This document shows positions 9,579 through 18,055 of a DNA stretch of 40,698 nt, piece after piece. The stretch's first letter is position 1. Every line of letters begins with the position of its first letter. The stretch spans positions 1-40,698 of the forward strand of contig URNK01000001.1 in the NCBI GenBank assembly GCA_900549195.1, in the 5' to 3' direction. The position numbers were made by a program, and so were the translations under genes. The DNA comes from an uncultured Collinsella sp. (GTDB taxonomy: Bacteria > Actinomycetota > Coriobacteriia > Coriobacteriales > Coriobacteriaceae). The notes below the pieces were generated by a model that made no database searches, had not been told where the DNA came from, and saw only the letters and a list, made by a program, of their open reading frames with translations.

Positions 9579-9652
9579 GGAGCGGGCAACGGGACTCGAA
9601 CCCGCGAGTGTCAGCTTGGGAAGCTGATGCCTTACCACTTGGCGATGCCCGC
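9578..9652 (-). tRNA. tRNA-Gly (anticodon CCC)
   Basis: GCGGGCATCGCCAAGTGGTAAGGCATCAGCTTCCCAAGCTGACACTCGCGGGTTCGAGTCCCGTTGCCCGCTCCA; anticodon loop TT-CCC-AA; CCA encoded. Confidence 0.96.
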
Positions 9653-9665
9653 ATATGTGGGGGAT

Positions 9666-9695
9666 AGTATAACGCGGTTGTCTTGTTCGATACAA
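9666..9695 (-). promoter_or_regulatory. Putative sigma70-type promoter of tRNA-Gly
   Basis: TTGTAT-18 bp-TATACT, 13 bp upstream of the tRNA. Confidence 0.55.
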
Positions 9696-9949
9696 GGGTG
9701 TCGATGCTTGTTTTAGCTGTGGAGAATCGTTTGAAAACCGCGCCAATTGTGGAGATGAGGACCTTTGTCTTTCTTTTCTTACCATCTTCTACCTGCACTT
9801 TTATCTGATTGTTGTATTTGAGCTCGATTTGTCAGAAATCGGGCAAGCTTTTGGTCAGGCTCCGGTACTTACCCGCATGAACCTCGGGGGTAGCCTCATC
9901 CTACGCGTCGCAACCTCCCCATGCGGCGCACGAGGGATAAGGAGCAGCC

Positions 9950-12900
9950 ATGTCCAACGCACCCATGCACTCTGTCCACAGCGCAATCGCAACAGGTCCG
10001 CTGCTCCTGCTCCTCTTCCTGCTTTTCGGCTGCCTGGCACCGGGAGCCGCATTTGCCGTCGATGGCTACGACCAGCTCGGCTTCCGCACTATTAGCGATG
10101 ATTGTGGGCCCTTCTTCATCGGCAAGTATGAAGCTCAAGACACCTCAATTGCCTACTGCATGAACCAGGAGCGCCCCGGCCCCACCAAACCGGGCGGCCC
10201 ATGGCTCAACTTTGATCAAGGCTGGGTGTGGCTCGACGACGAGTTCGCGGCAATCGTTTGTCACGGATATCCCACCACCACGTCGTTTGGCGGTTACCAT
10301 CTTTCACCCGATCGCGCCCGCGCCGCCACCCAGCTTGCCGTATGGATGCTCAACGGCACTACCCATGTCGACGGCACCTACTCCTACACGACCGCTCAGG
10401 GTAAAACCAAGAGCGGACACTTTACCGCCGACAATGAAGTCGTGGCGGCTGCGCGGTGGCTCCACGACAGCGCAAAATCAGGAAGCATCAAAGCCGCTCC
10501 GCACCGCGCGCGACGCTATCTAGGGGCCGTATCGGGCGGCAGCAAACGTCAAGACATGCTCTATGTACTGCCGGCGGTCTCTGTTTCCTTCCAAAAGCAG
10601 TCTGCTAACACCGTTATTACCAGCGGAAACAATACCTATCAGTTTACCGGGGCAACATTCGATATTTTTGAGAGCGCCAGCGGCGCGCGTGTCGGCACCA
10701 TCAAGATGGACAGCAACGGTCGAGCGCAAGCAACACTTCTGCCCAACACGGCATACTACCTAGTTGAAACGAAGGCGCCGGCCGGCTATGTCCCCCGCCA
10801 CGATCGTATTGCCTTTACCACGGGGAATGACGGCGGGCGGGCCGCCATTGATGAACAGCCCGGCACCATCAATCTGCGTATCGTAAAACTCGATGCCGCG
10901 ACGAATGCCGGCCCCCAGGTGGGATCTTCACTCGCAGGAGCAGAGTTCACGTGTGTGTCGCAATCAACCCCTGGATGGGCACAAATCCTCACGACCGACG
11001 AAAGCGGTCGGGCCACCCTCGCCGATGTCCCCTTAGGAACCTTTACCATCTACGAATCAAAAGCCCCCGAGGGCTACCTGCCATCCAACGACAGCTGGAC
11101 CTATACCGTTGGAGCCGACCAACTCGGCGATTCAGGCGTGGTCGAGATCGAATCTCGCGTTTCCGATATCCCCATTGCGTTTAACCTTGAGATTTCCAAA
11201 TTCAAGGATTACGGCAATAGCGACCAATCCGGCCTGGAGCAGCCGGCGGGTGGTGTTGTCTTTGAGGTTGTCAGCAACAGCTCTCAGCAGGTTGTTGGCA
11301 CACTGACCACAAACATCTATGGCTTTGCCTCCACCAAAGATCAGCCCGAAGCATGGTTCGGCACAGGCAAGCGACCCGCCGGTGTCCACGGAGCCGTCCC
11401 ATACGACCGTGCCGGCTACACGGTTCGCGAGGTTCCGGAAACCGTCCCCGAGGGTTTTAAACGTGCAGGGGAATGGACCGTCGGGGCCAATCAGATTTCC
11501 GACGGCGCCGAGCTTCAATATATCGTAGACAACCACGCTCTGTCGACGCATCTCCAGATTGTAAAACGCGATGCCCAAACAGGCGCTTCTGTTCCCCTAG
11601 CCGGATTCACCTTCCAACTCCTCGGCAGCAATCACGAACCTGTCTCACAAACTTGCTGGTATCCAGCACATAACGTAATGGACACCTTTACGACTGACGC
11701 GACCGGCACCGTCACACTGCCCGAATCGCTCGTGCCGGGCACCTATTATGTACGCGAAACCTCGGCCAAAGAGCCCTATCTTGTCGGCGAAGAGATCGAG
11801 GTAAACATACCCGCCGACATGAACCTAACGCCCGTTGCAATCGCCTCGTATTATGACCACGCCGCGACCGGAAACATCAGGATCGTTAAAACCGATGCCA
11901 TAGACGGCAGCAGCCTCGTGGGCGCCGTCTTTGAGATCCGTGCCTCGGGTGATATCGTGCGCCCCGACGGTAGCATTGCCGCGCTCGACGGTGAGACTGT
12001 CGCGACCGTCACGACGGATGAAACTGGAGAAGCACGCGCGGACAACCTCCCACTGGGATCTGGCACCGCACGCTACGAGGTTGTCGAGACTCAAGCGCCG
12101 GCAGGCTTCTTGCTCGATCAGACAACCCATATTGTCGACCTTACTTATGCCGACCAGAAAACACCCGTTGTAGAAGCACAGCTTAACGTATCCGACGATT
12201 ACACCAAGGTTGATATCTCCAAGGTCGATGCAAGCGGTGAGCAGGAAGTGGAAGGCGCACAGCTCACCTTATATGGTCCCGATAAAACCGAAATAGACTC
12301 CTGGACCTCATCCGACAAGCCGCATCGCGTCGAACATCTTGCACCCGGCACCTACTCGTTGCGCGAAATGATGTCTCCGCGGACCTATGACCTTGCCGAG
12401 GAGATAACGTTTGAAATAAAGGATACGGGAGAAGTCCAATCCGTCGCGATGAAGGATACGCCCATCGAGATCAAAGGACAGGTCGACAAGCGTCAGGAGC
12501 TTGTCCAGCCTATCGGGAAGGGTCTGTTGGCCAACGGCGATGGTAAAAATCGCGCCGCGACGCAAACCAATACGGATGGACTTTTCTCCTATACCATCGA
12601 CGCTCGAAACGATTCAGCTACCTGGGTTGATGAGTTCACAATTACCGATGATCTTGAGTGTGCCGAGAACGATACAGCGAGATTCGTCTCAATCGAAACC
12701 CCCGTCGCCATCGGCGACCTCAACGGTCTGTGCAACGTGTGGTATCGCACGACGCCGTTGGACTCGACAGACGTCGATGAGCCGGCAAACGCGACACTTG
12801 ACGATGGGCACGAAAATCCTTGGCTTGAGTCCGACGAAGTAAGGGAAAGTCTGGGTGAGGATTGCCGCCTCGTCGATTACGACGGCTGGCGCCTCTGGAA

Positions 12901-13381
12901 GGCGGATGTCTCGACCACGGAATCCACCACACTCGAGGCGAAAGAACTCGACCTTGCGTCCAATACCGTCGTAACGGGCATTCGCATTGAATACGGTGCA
13001 GTAGCCGCCGACTTTACGACTCGAAGCGATGCGGATTCTTGGACCCGCGATGATCTCAAAGATGAGCACGACGACCTTGACGATGCCAAAGCAATCCTTG
13101 GCACAGACGCTCGGGGCGCAATCGTGCACATGCAGGCGACGTCGGCTTATACGCCCCAAACCGCACTCACCAACAGCGCACGCGTCGATCTTTGCCGCAA
13201 CGGCGGCGGCGATAAACTTGAGTCACATGACGAGGACCGTGTCATTCAACGCTGTACCCTACCGCAGGACCTACCGGCAACAGGATCAGTTCCCATCGCC
13301 GCTTGCATCACCGCGCTCCTGACCTCGGGTGCCGCAGCCCTATGGTTCGCTCGCCTTAGGTCGACCCCAAAGAAGCGCTAG
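9950..13381 (+). CDS. Sortase-anchored adhesin: N-terminal thioester domain, SpaA/CnaB-type repeats, LPATG anchor
   Basis: Signal peptide (...AAFA); AYCMNQ, ATQLAVW and RQDML thioester-domain motifs; repeated KxD..GAxF..YxxxExxAPxGY; LPATG at 13271-13285, then TM segment and basic tail; AAGGAG RBS. Confidence 0.9.
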   Translation: MSNAPMHSVHSAIATGPLLLLLFLLFGCLAPGAAFAVDGYDQLGFRTISDDCGPFFIGKYEAQDTSIAYCMNQERPGPTKPGGPWLNFDQGWVWLDDEFAAIVCHGYPTTTSFGGYHLSPDRARAATQLAVWMLNGTTHVDGTYSYTTAQGKTKSGHFTADNEVVAAARWLHDSAKSGSIKAAPHRARRYLGAVSGGSKRQDMLYVLPAVSVSFQKQSANTVITSGNNTYQFTGATFDIFESASGARVGTIKMDSNGRAQATLLPNTAYYLVETKAPAGYVPRHDRIAFTTGNDGGRAAIDEQPGTINLRIVKLDAATNAGPQVGSSLAGAEFTCVSQSTPGWAQILTTDESGRATLADVPLGTFTIYESKAPEGYLPSNDSWTYTVGADQLGDSGVVEIESRVSDIPIAFNLEISKFKDYGNSDQSGLEQPAGGVVFEVVSNSSQQVVGTLTTNIYGFASTKDQPEAWFGTGKRPAGVHGAVPYDRAGYTVREVPETVPEGFKRAGEWTVGANQISDGAELQYIVDNHALSTHLQIVKRDAQTGASVPLAGFTFQLLGSNHEPVSQTCWYPAHNVMDTFTTDATGTVTLPESLVPGTYYVRETSAKEPYLVGEEIEVNIPADMNLTPVAIASYYDHAATGNIRIVKTDAIDGSSLVGAVFEIRASGDIVRPDGSIAALDGETVATVTTDETGEARADNLPLGSGTARYEVVETQAPAGFLLDQTTHIVDLTYADQKTPVVEAQLNVSDDYTKVDISKVDASGEQEVEGAQLTLYGPDKTEIDSWTSSDKPHRVEHLAPGTYSLREMMSPRTYDLAEEITFEIKDTGEVQSVAMKDTPIEIKGQVDKRQELVQPIGKGLLANGDGKNRAATQTNTDGLFSYTIDARNDSATWVDEFTITDDLECAENDTARFVSIETPVAIGDLNGLCNVWYRTTPLDSTDVDEPANATLDDGHENPWLESDEVRESLGEDCRLVDYDGWRLWKADVSTTESTTLEAKELDLASNTVVTGIRIEYGAVAADFTTRSDADSWTRDDLKDEHDDLDDAKAILGTDARGAIVHMQATSAYTPQTALTNSARVDLCRNGGGDKLESHDEDRVIQRCTLPQDLPATGSVPIAACITALLTSGAAALWFARLRSTPKKR

Positions 13382-13390
13382 CGCGATGAA

Positions 13391-13426
13391 AAAGCGGGCG
13401 AGCCAGTCCCCTGGCTCGCCCGCTTT
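13391..13426. terminator. Bidirectional intrinsic terminator between convergent genes
   Basis: AAAGCGGGCGAGCCAG-tccc-CTGGCTCGCCCGCTTT, a perfect 16-bp stem. Confidence 0.85.
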
Positions 13427-13447
13427 CAATCATGTAAATCGCCGTAT

Positions 13448-13666
13448 CTACTCTGCAGACGAAGATCCACCATCAACGATTGCCTGCTCGGACTCAGGAA
13501 TCCCATCGGCACCCGTACTCTGTTCTTGCTCCACCTCTTCGCTGATTGCGGAGGCGGGGGTCGAGCCCTTTGCACCCACGATGTAGGCAGCCCCAAATCC
13601 TAACGCAATGGCAATCAAGGTCAAAATCACGTAGACAGGCCAATGGCGCTTAATATACGAAAACAC
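13448..13666 (-). CDS. Small single-TM protein with acidic tail
   Basis: 72 aa; AGGAG RBS before GTG; TM segment WPVYVILTLIAIALGFGAAYIVG; lies just downstream of the M28-like gene. Confidence 0.7.
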   Translation of the reverse strand: MFSYIKRHWPVYVILTLIAIALGFGAAYIVGAKGSTPASAISEEVEQEQSTGADGIPESEQAIVDGGSSSAE

Positions 13667-13687
13667 GTTGACTCCTTAGAGCTCCGT

Positions 13688-16600
13688 CTACGAACGGCGG
13701 ATAACCTCGGTCACGACCTCGGATACCGTGGCAATGTTCGTTGGGTTGACATTGTGGGGCAGGTCGTCCTCGGTACGAGCGCAAGCCAGACGCGTGCCGT
13801 CCACGCCGGCGATGGTGAGGGCTCGGCGGCTCGCCTCGAGCGCGGCATAGGCATCGGTCTTGGCATAGGGCATCTCGAGCGCGCCACAATCGACATGGAA
13901 CGACTTGCACACCTTGCTGACCAGGTTCATGATGCGGCGATCGCCCTTGAGCAGCTGCTGTTCGCCCTCAACCGTCACCACCGAAAGCCTACCGGCGCCG
14001 ACGGATTCAAGATTGATGAAGAATACGCCGCGGAGCTTATCGCGATGCGAAGCCAAGAAGGCCTTCATACCGGCGCCATCACAATCCGAGGCGCCCGTTG
14101 CCACAAACCAGATATCGTGACCGAGCAGCTCATCATCGCCCATAGAGGCGACAGCCGAGAGCATATCTTCGGAAGAAGCGCCGTCGGAAGACGTAGCGCC
14201 GCCCTTCCAGCCGTCGTTATCGTCCTCGAAGTTATCCCACGAACCGATACCGCGGCCTGACTTCTTGGCATCGTAATCGTCTTCGACGCCCAGCCAGTCG
14301 CTCATGCTGTCCTGCTCGTTTTTCTTTTTACGACCGAACAGGCCACCCAGGCCACGCTTACGAGACTTGGGTGCCGCCGGGGCGGGAGCCGAAATGGTCT
14401 CGATCGGCTGCGCGCCCGACGCAACGGGCATAGGAGGCGCAACGGGTGCCGATGTGGGTTCGGGACCCTGGGCAGTAGCAAAGGGGTCGTTGACCTGGGC
14501 AGAGGGATCGGGTAGGTCGAACAGCGACGTGCGAGACGCAACGTTTGCCTGCTTCATCGACGGCAGCGACGGATCGGGGACCGAAGCCAGCGGAGACGAA
14601 GAGGGCGCAGGCGACGGTGCCGACGCCGGATCGGGAACATTCATCTGCGGACGCGGTGATGCCTGGGAGGAAATCTGGGCCATAAGGGAATCGACCGTTT
14701 CGTCCTGGGTGGGAGCAACATTGGCAACCGTGGCACCGGAACCACTCGGGGTCGGCATGGTGAAAATCTGCGTGGAGTAAGGCCTCGACTCATCCGTCTC
14801 GGGAGTCTCGGAAACCGCAGACACTTCCTCCTGCTCGACCTCGGTCGAATCATCTTGCTCGGCTGCCGCGTACCGCTCTTCGTCAGAGTTGGCCTCGACG
14901 GGCTCGTCCTCAGCAGCATCCTGAATTTCGGCAGCATCAATGGGCTCGCCATCGTCTGCCACGTCGTCCTGCTCATCGGAAGCAGGAAGGGGCTCGGCAA
15001 TCGCGGTGCCTTGCTTTTCAAACGTTATCGTGGAATCGAACTGCGCGGCATCAAACGACATGGTGCTATCGACGTGCTGCTGGGCCTCGAAAGACGTTGT
15101 AGCTTCGGCGGCGTCGACGGGCACGGACTGCACAGCCTCGTTCTGCTCGAACTCTTGCGCCGCGAGCTCACGTGCCGCCTCGGCTGCCTGCTGCTGAGCG
15201 ATAGCCTCCTGCTCGGCAGCCTCGCGTGCGGCAGCGCGCTTCTCCTCGAAATCGTCGACAAATTTCTTGCCCTTTGCAAGCGCGCCCTTAAAGAAGTTGG
15301 AAGCGCTGGCGCCAATCGAAGAGAACGCGGATGCAATATCGGCATGGGGCGTTGCCGCGGGAATCTCGGCCGAGAAATCAGTATCGCTCTCGTAAGACAC
15401 GCGCCTCGGCTGTTCAACGTAATCGTCGTCAGACTCGTCCGCAACGTCTTGCGCCGGCGCGGCGGGAGCCAAAATGTCCAGTCCTGCCGCGGGATCGATC
15501 GCGGACACCGCCTCGGGCTCGGCAACGGCAGAGGTAACCGCGGCAGACTCATCATCCGCAGCGACAACGGGCGCAGGCGCAGCCACGACGGGGGCAGGCT
15601 CGGGCTCAAACGTCGGCTCCTCGCCCTCCTCGTAATCGAGCGTGCAGGACTCGGGAAGCATTCCGAGCGCACGGATGGCATCCGAACCAAAGCGGATGTT
15701 GCCGGCGGCATTGCGATAGAGCTTGGGCTCGGGCTCAGCCGCGGCAGGCTCCTCCGCCGGCTCAGCAGCGGGAACCTCGTCATTGAACTCTTCGGCCTGG
15801 ACAGCCTGATTCTGATCCTCGGGCACGATGGCGCCAATCAGCGTCTCGTCGGCAGACGCACCCTCAAAGCCCTCGATTTGCTCGTCGAAAGCCTCACCCT
15901 GTTCGGGCTCGGTCTGAGCGTCGGAAGCAATCGGCTGACCGAATTCGTCCTCGGCGTAGGTAGGCTCTTCATACTCGATGGTGTTGCCGTAGTCGTTTTG
16001 CTGCTGGGCCGCGGCATATTCCGCCGCTGCGCGCGCCATTTCCTCGGCACGACGCTTCTGCTCCCCAAAATAGGTATCGAACGGAACATCGTCGGGAAAC
16101 TCGTTTTCGCCCTGGAAGGGAGCAACGTTGTCCATAACGCCGAGCATAGCGGCGACAGAAGACTTGTTGCACACCGCGCCAGACGTATAGGGAAGAATGT
16201 GGCGGTTAGAGATGATGTTTACCGCGTTGGCGAGTGCAACGAGGGAAGCGAGGATCGCGACAATCCACAGCAGAACCTTGAGCGCGCCGGGGAGCGGCAG
16301 AATACGCAGGATGGCAACGGCAGCGGGGGCAACCGTGGCAACGGGCAACAGCTTGGCGATGAGCGCACGATACGAAGCATAAGGCTCGCGGGCGAGCAGC
16401 TCAGCACGGGGAGAGTCGTAGTGTGCGACAACGACCACCGGGCGGTTACGCGGGGACGCGAGCGGGCCCGAGGCCTTGTGGTAGGCGATGACATTTTGGC
16501 TCACGCCCGTCTTGCCCAGGCGCGAAACCACGGAGTGGCCCGTGCGCTCGAGCACGTAAAGAACGGCGCCGACAATGGCCAGCAAGGTGCCGACCAAGCC

Positions 16601-16834
16601 GATACCGCCGCCGATGCCCATCAGCAGGGCGCCGGCAAACGCAAGAATACCGGTAACGGCAAATGCCAACCTACTGGGCGCCGGGGCATTGAACTCCTGA
16701 ACCTCGGGGTCAAAGCCGTGGTTGCGGAAGATCTGAGCGATATCTTCGGCAGCCAAGCGCTCTTCTTCGCTGCATGCCGGCGTAATGCCGGTGTTCTGCA
16801 GCAGGTGGTTAATATAGTTCTGGGTGTTCGCCAT
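13688..16834 (-). CDS. Large membrane protein with a split, degenerate M28 peptidase-like domain and a long acidic low-complexity insertion
   Basis: SQNVIA, VVVVAHYDS, NKSSVAAML, IWFVATG, FINLESVG; about 4 TM helices; start MANTQNY with GGAG RBS. Confidence 0.8.
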   Translation of the reverse strand: MANTQNYINHLLQNTGITPACSEEERLAAEDIAQIFRNHGFDPEVQEFNAPAPSRLAFAVTGILAFAGALLMGIGGGIGLVGTLLAIVGAVLYVLERTGHSVVSRLGKTGVSQNVIAYHKASGPLASPRNRPVVVVAHYDSPRAELLAREPYASYRALIAKLLPVATVAPAAVAILRILPLPGALKVLLWIVAILASLVALANAVNIISNRHILPYTSGAVCNKSSVAAMLGVMDNVAPFQGENEFPDDVPFDTYFGEQKRRAEEMARAAAEYAAAQQQNDYGNTIEYEEPTYAEDEFGQPIASDAQTEPEQGEAFDEQIEGFEGASADETLIGAIVPEDQNQAVQAEEFNDEVPAAEPAEEPAAAEPEPKLYRNAAGNIRFGSDAIRALGMLPESCTLDYEEGEEPTFEPEPAPVVAAPAPVVAADDESAAVTSAVAEPEAVSAIDPAAGLDILAPAAPAQDVADESDDDYVEQPRRVSYESDTDFSAEIPAATPHADIASAFSSIGASASNFFKGALAKGKKFVDDFEEKRAAAREAAEQEAIAQQQAAEAARELAAQEFEQNEAVQSVPVDAAEATTSFEAQQHVDSTMSFDAAQFDSTITFEKQGTAIAEPLPASDEQDDVADDGEPIDAAEIQDAAEDEPVEANSDEERYAAAEQDDSTEVEQEEVSAVSETPETDESRPYSTQIFTMPTPSGSGATVANVAPTQDETVDSLMAQISSQASPRPQMNVPDPASAPSPAPSSSPLASVPDPSLPSMKQANVASRTSLFDLPDPSAQVNDPFATAQGPEPTSAPVAPPMPVASGAQPIETISAPAPAAPKSRKRGLGGLFGRKKKNEQDSMSDWLGVEDDYDAKKSGRGIGSWDNFEDDNDGWKGGATSSDGASSEDMLSAVASMGDDELLGHDIWFVATGASDCDGAGMKAFLASHRDKLRGVFFINLESVGAGRLSVVTVEGEQQLLKGDRRIMNLVSKVCKSFHVDCGALEMPYAKTDAYAALEASRRALTIAGVDGTRLACARTEDDLPHNVNPTNIATVSEVVTEVIRRS

Positions 16835-17032
16835 GTGCGCTCCACATCCATAATCCGACAAATAGGCCCAATGCATGCACATTAGAACCGTATATAGTCG
16901 AAAGTATACCCCGAGCGAGCGCAAACGACCGAATTCGGGCCATCTTAACGCCCCGAGCGGACAAGGATATAGCCTAATCTCCATATCGGACTAAAATCAT
17001 GGCAGCAAACCACCTTCTCATGCGAGGACTCT

Positions 17033-18055
17033 ATGACGGCAAGCGACACGACCGAGACAATTAAAAAGGGAAATTCGGAGCCCAGTTTCGATAAAACGGC
17101 TCAGCGCATCCTCAATCTTTTCTTTGTGCTCAATAGCTCCCCCGAACCGCTGACGACCGAGCAGATCGTCTTGGATTCTGACCTGGGATATGGCTCGGGC
17201 AATATCGACTCGGATAACCGCAAGTTTCGACGCGATCGTGACAAGCTGCTCGAACGCGGCATCTTAATCAAGGAGGTTCGCCCCACCGGCGCGCAGGAGA
17301 CCGAGGAAAGCTCGTGGACAATCGACCGCGAGCACACGTTTGCGGCAGGCGGCCTCATTACCGCAGACGACGCCGATATCCTGCTCAACGCCATCGACCA
17401 GACACTAGCGGCCGGCTCATCCACTTTTGCCGCACCGCTTGCCGATATTCGCTCCAAGATTGCCTATCTCACCGGCAGGACGACGGTAGACGAGGCGCCG
17501 ATCAGCCGCTCTCCCACCGTCGATGCGGTTTGGAGCGCCTTTGCCGAGCGATGCGCGCTGCGATTTTTATATCAGAACGGACGCGGCGAGCAGAGAGAAC
17601 GTACCGTCTGCGTCTACGGCATGTTCGAGCGCGAGGGCGTGGCTTACTTCTGCGGCCTCGACAACGTCACCGACGACATCAGGACATTCCGCTGCGACCG
17701 TATCGTTCGCGCTTGGCGTCCTTCGAAGGCCTACGCCATCCCTGCAGACTTCAATCTCAACGACTACCTGTTCTTTGAATTCGATTTTGCCGACCGACCG
17801 CCCGTTGCAGCCACGTTCTCATTCGCCCCTCAGACGCAGATCGATATGATCAACGGTCTCACGCGTGGGCGAGGTGAGCTCGTACACACCGATGTGGGAT
17901 GGACCTGGACCGTTGACGTGCGCGATCTTGAAGCCGGCGCCTCATTTTGCATGGCCCACGCCATGGACGGCATGAGGCCCGTGGCCCCCAAATCGCTCAA
18001 ACAGGCGTGGAACCACCTCATTGAAAGGACGGTGCACGAGTATGCCCGTGCGTAA
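17033..18055 (+). CDS. HTH-WYL transcriptional regulator, PafB-like
   Basis: N-terminal wHTH (AQRILNL...RKFRRDRDKLLERGI); WYL-type segment YFCGLD..DDIRTFRCDRI; C-terminal WCX-like region; GAGGA RBS. Confidence 0.85.
   Translation: MTASDTTETIKKGNSEPSFDKTAQRILNLFFVLNSSPEPLTTEQIVLDSDLGYGSGNIDSDNRKFRRDRDKLLERGILIKEVRPTGAQETEESSWTIDREHTFAAGGLITADDADILLNAIDQTLAAGSSTFAAPLADIRSKIAYLTGRTTVDEAPISRSPTVDAVWSAFAERCALRFLYQNGRGEQRERTVCVYGMFEREGVAYFCGLDNVTDDIRTFRCDRIVRAWRPSKAYAIPADFNLNDYLFFEFDFADRPPVAATFSFAPQTQIDMINGLTRGRGELVHTDVGWTWTVDVRDLEAGASFCMAHAMDGMRPVAPKSLKQAWNHLIERTVHEYARA

Noticed and set aside
9254..9595. Repeats near tRNA-Gly as a CRISPR array or extra tRNA genes
   Set aside because: Unequal long spacers, only 18 nt of tRNA per copy, no D or anticodon arms, no cas genes
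9950..13381. Adhesin as cargo of a tRNA-Gly integrated island
   Set aside because: It lies on the 5' side of the tRNA; the att-like duplications are on the other side and no integrase is present
14855..16885. 676-aa plus-strand ORF
   Set aside because: Antisense shadow of the M28-like gene caused by high-GC codon bias; no motifs
16835..16984. Longer start for the M28-like ORF
   Set aside because: A GGAG RBS supports ATG 16834; the extension covers the divergent promoter region
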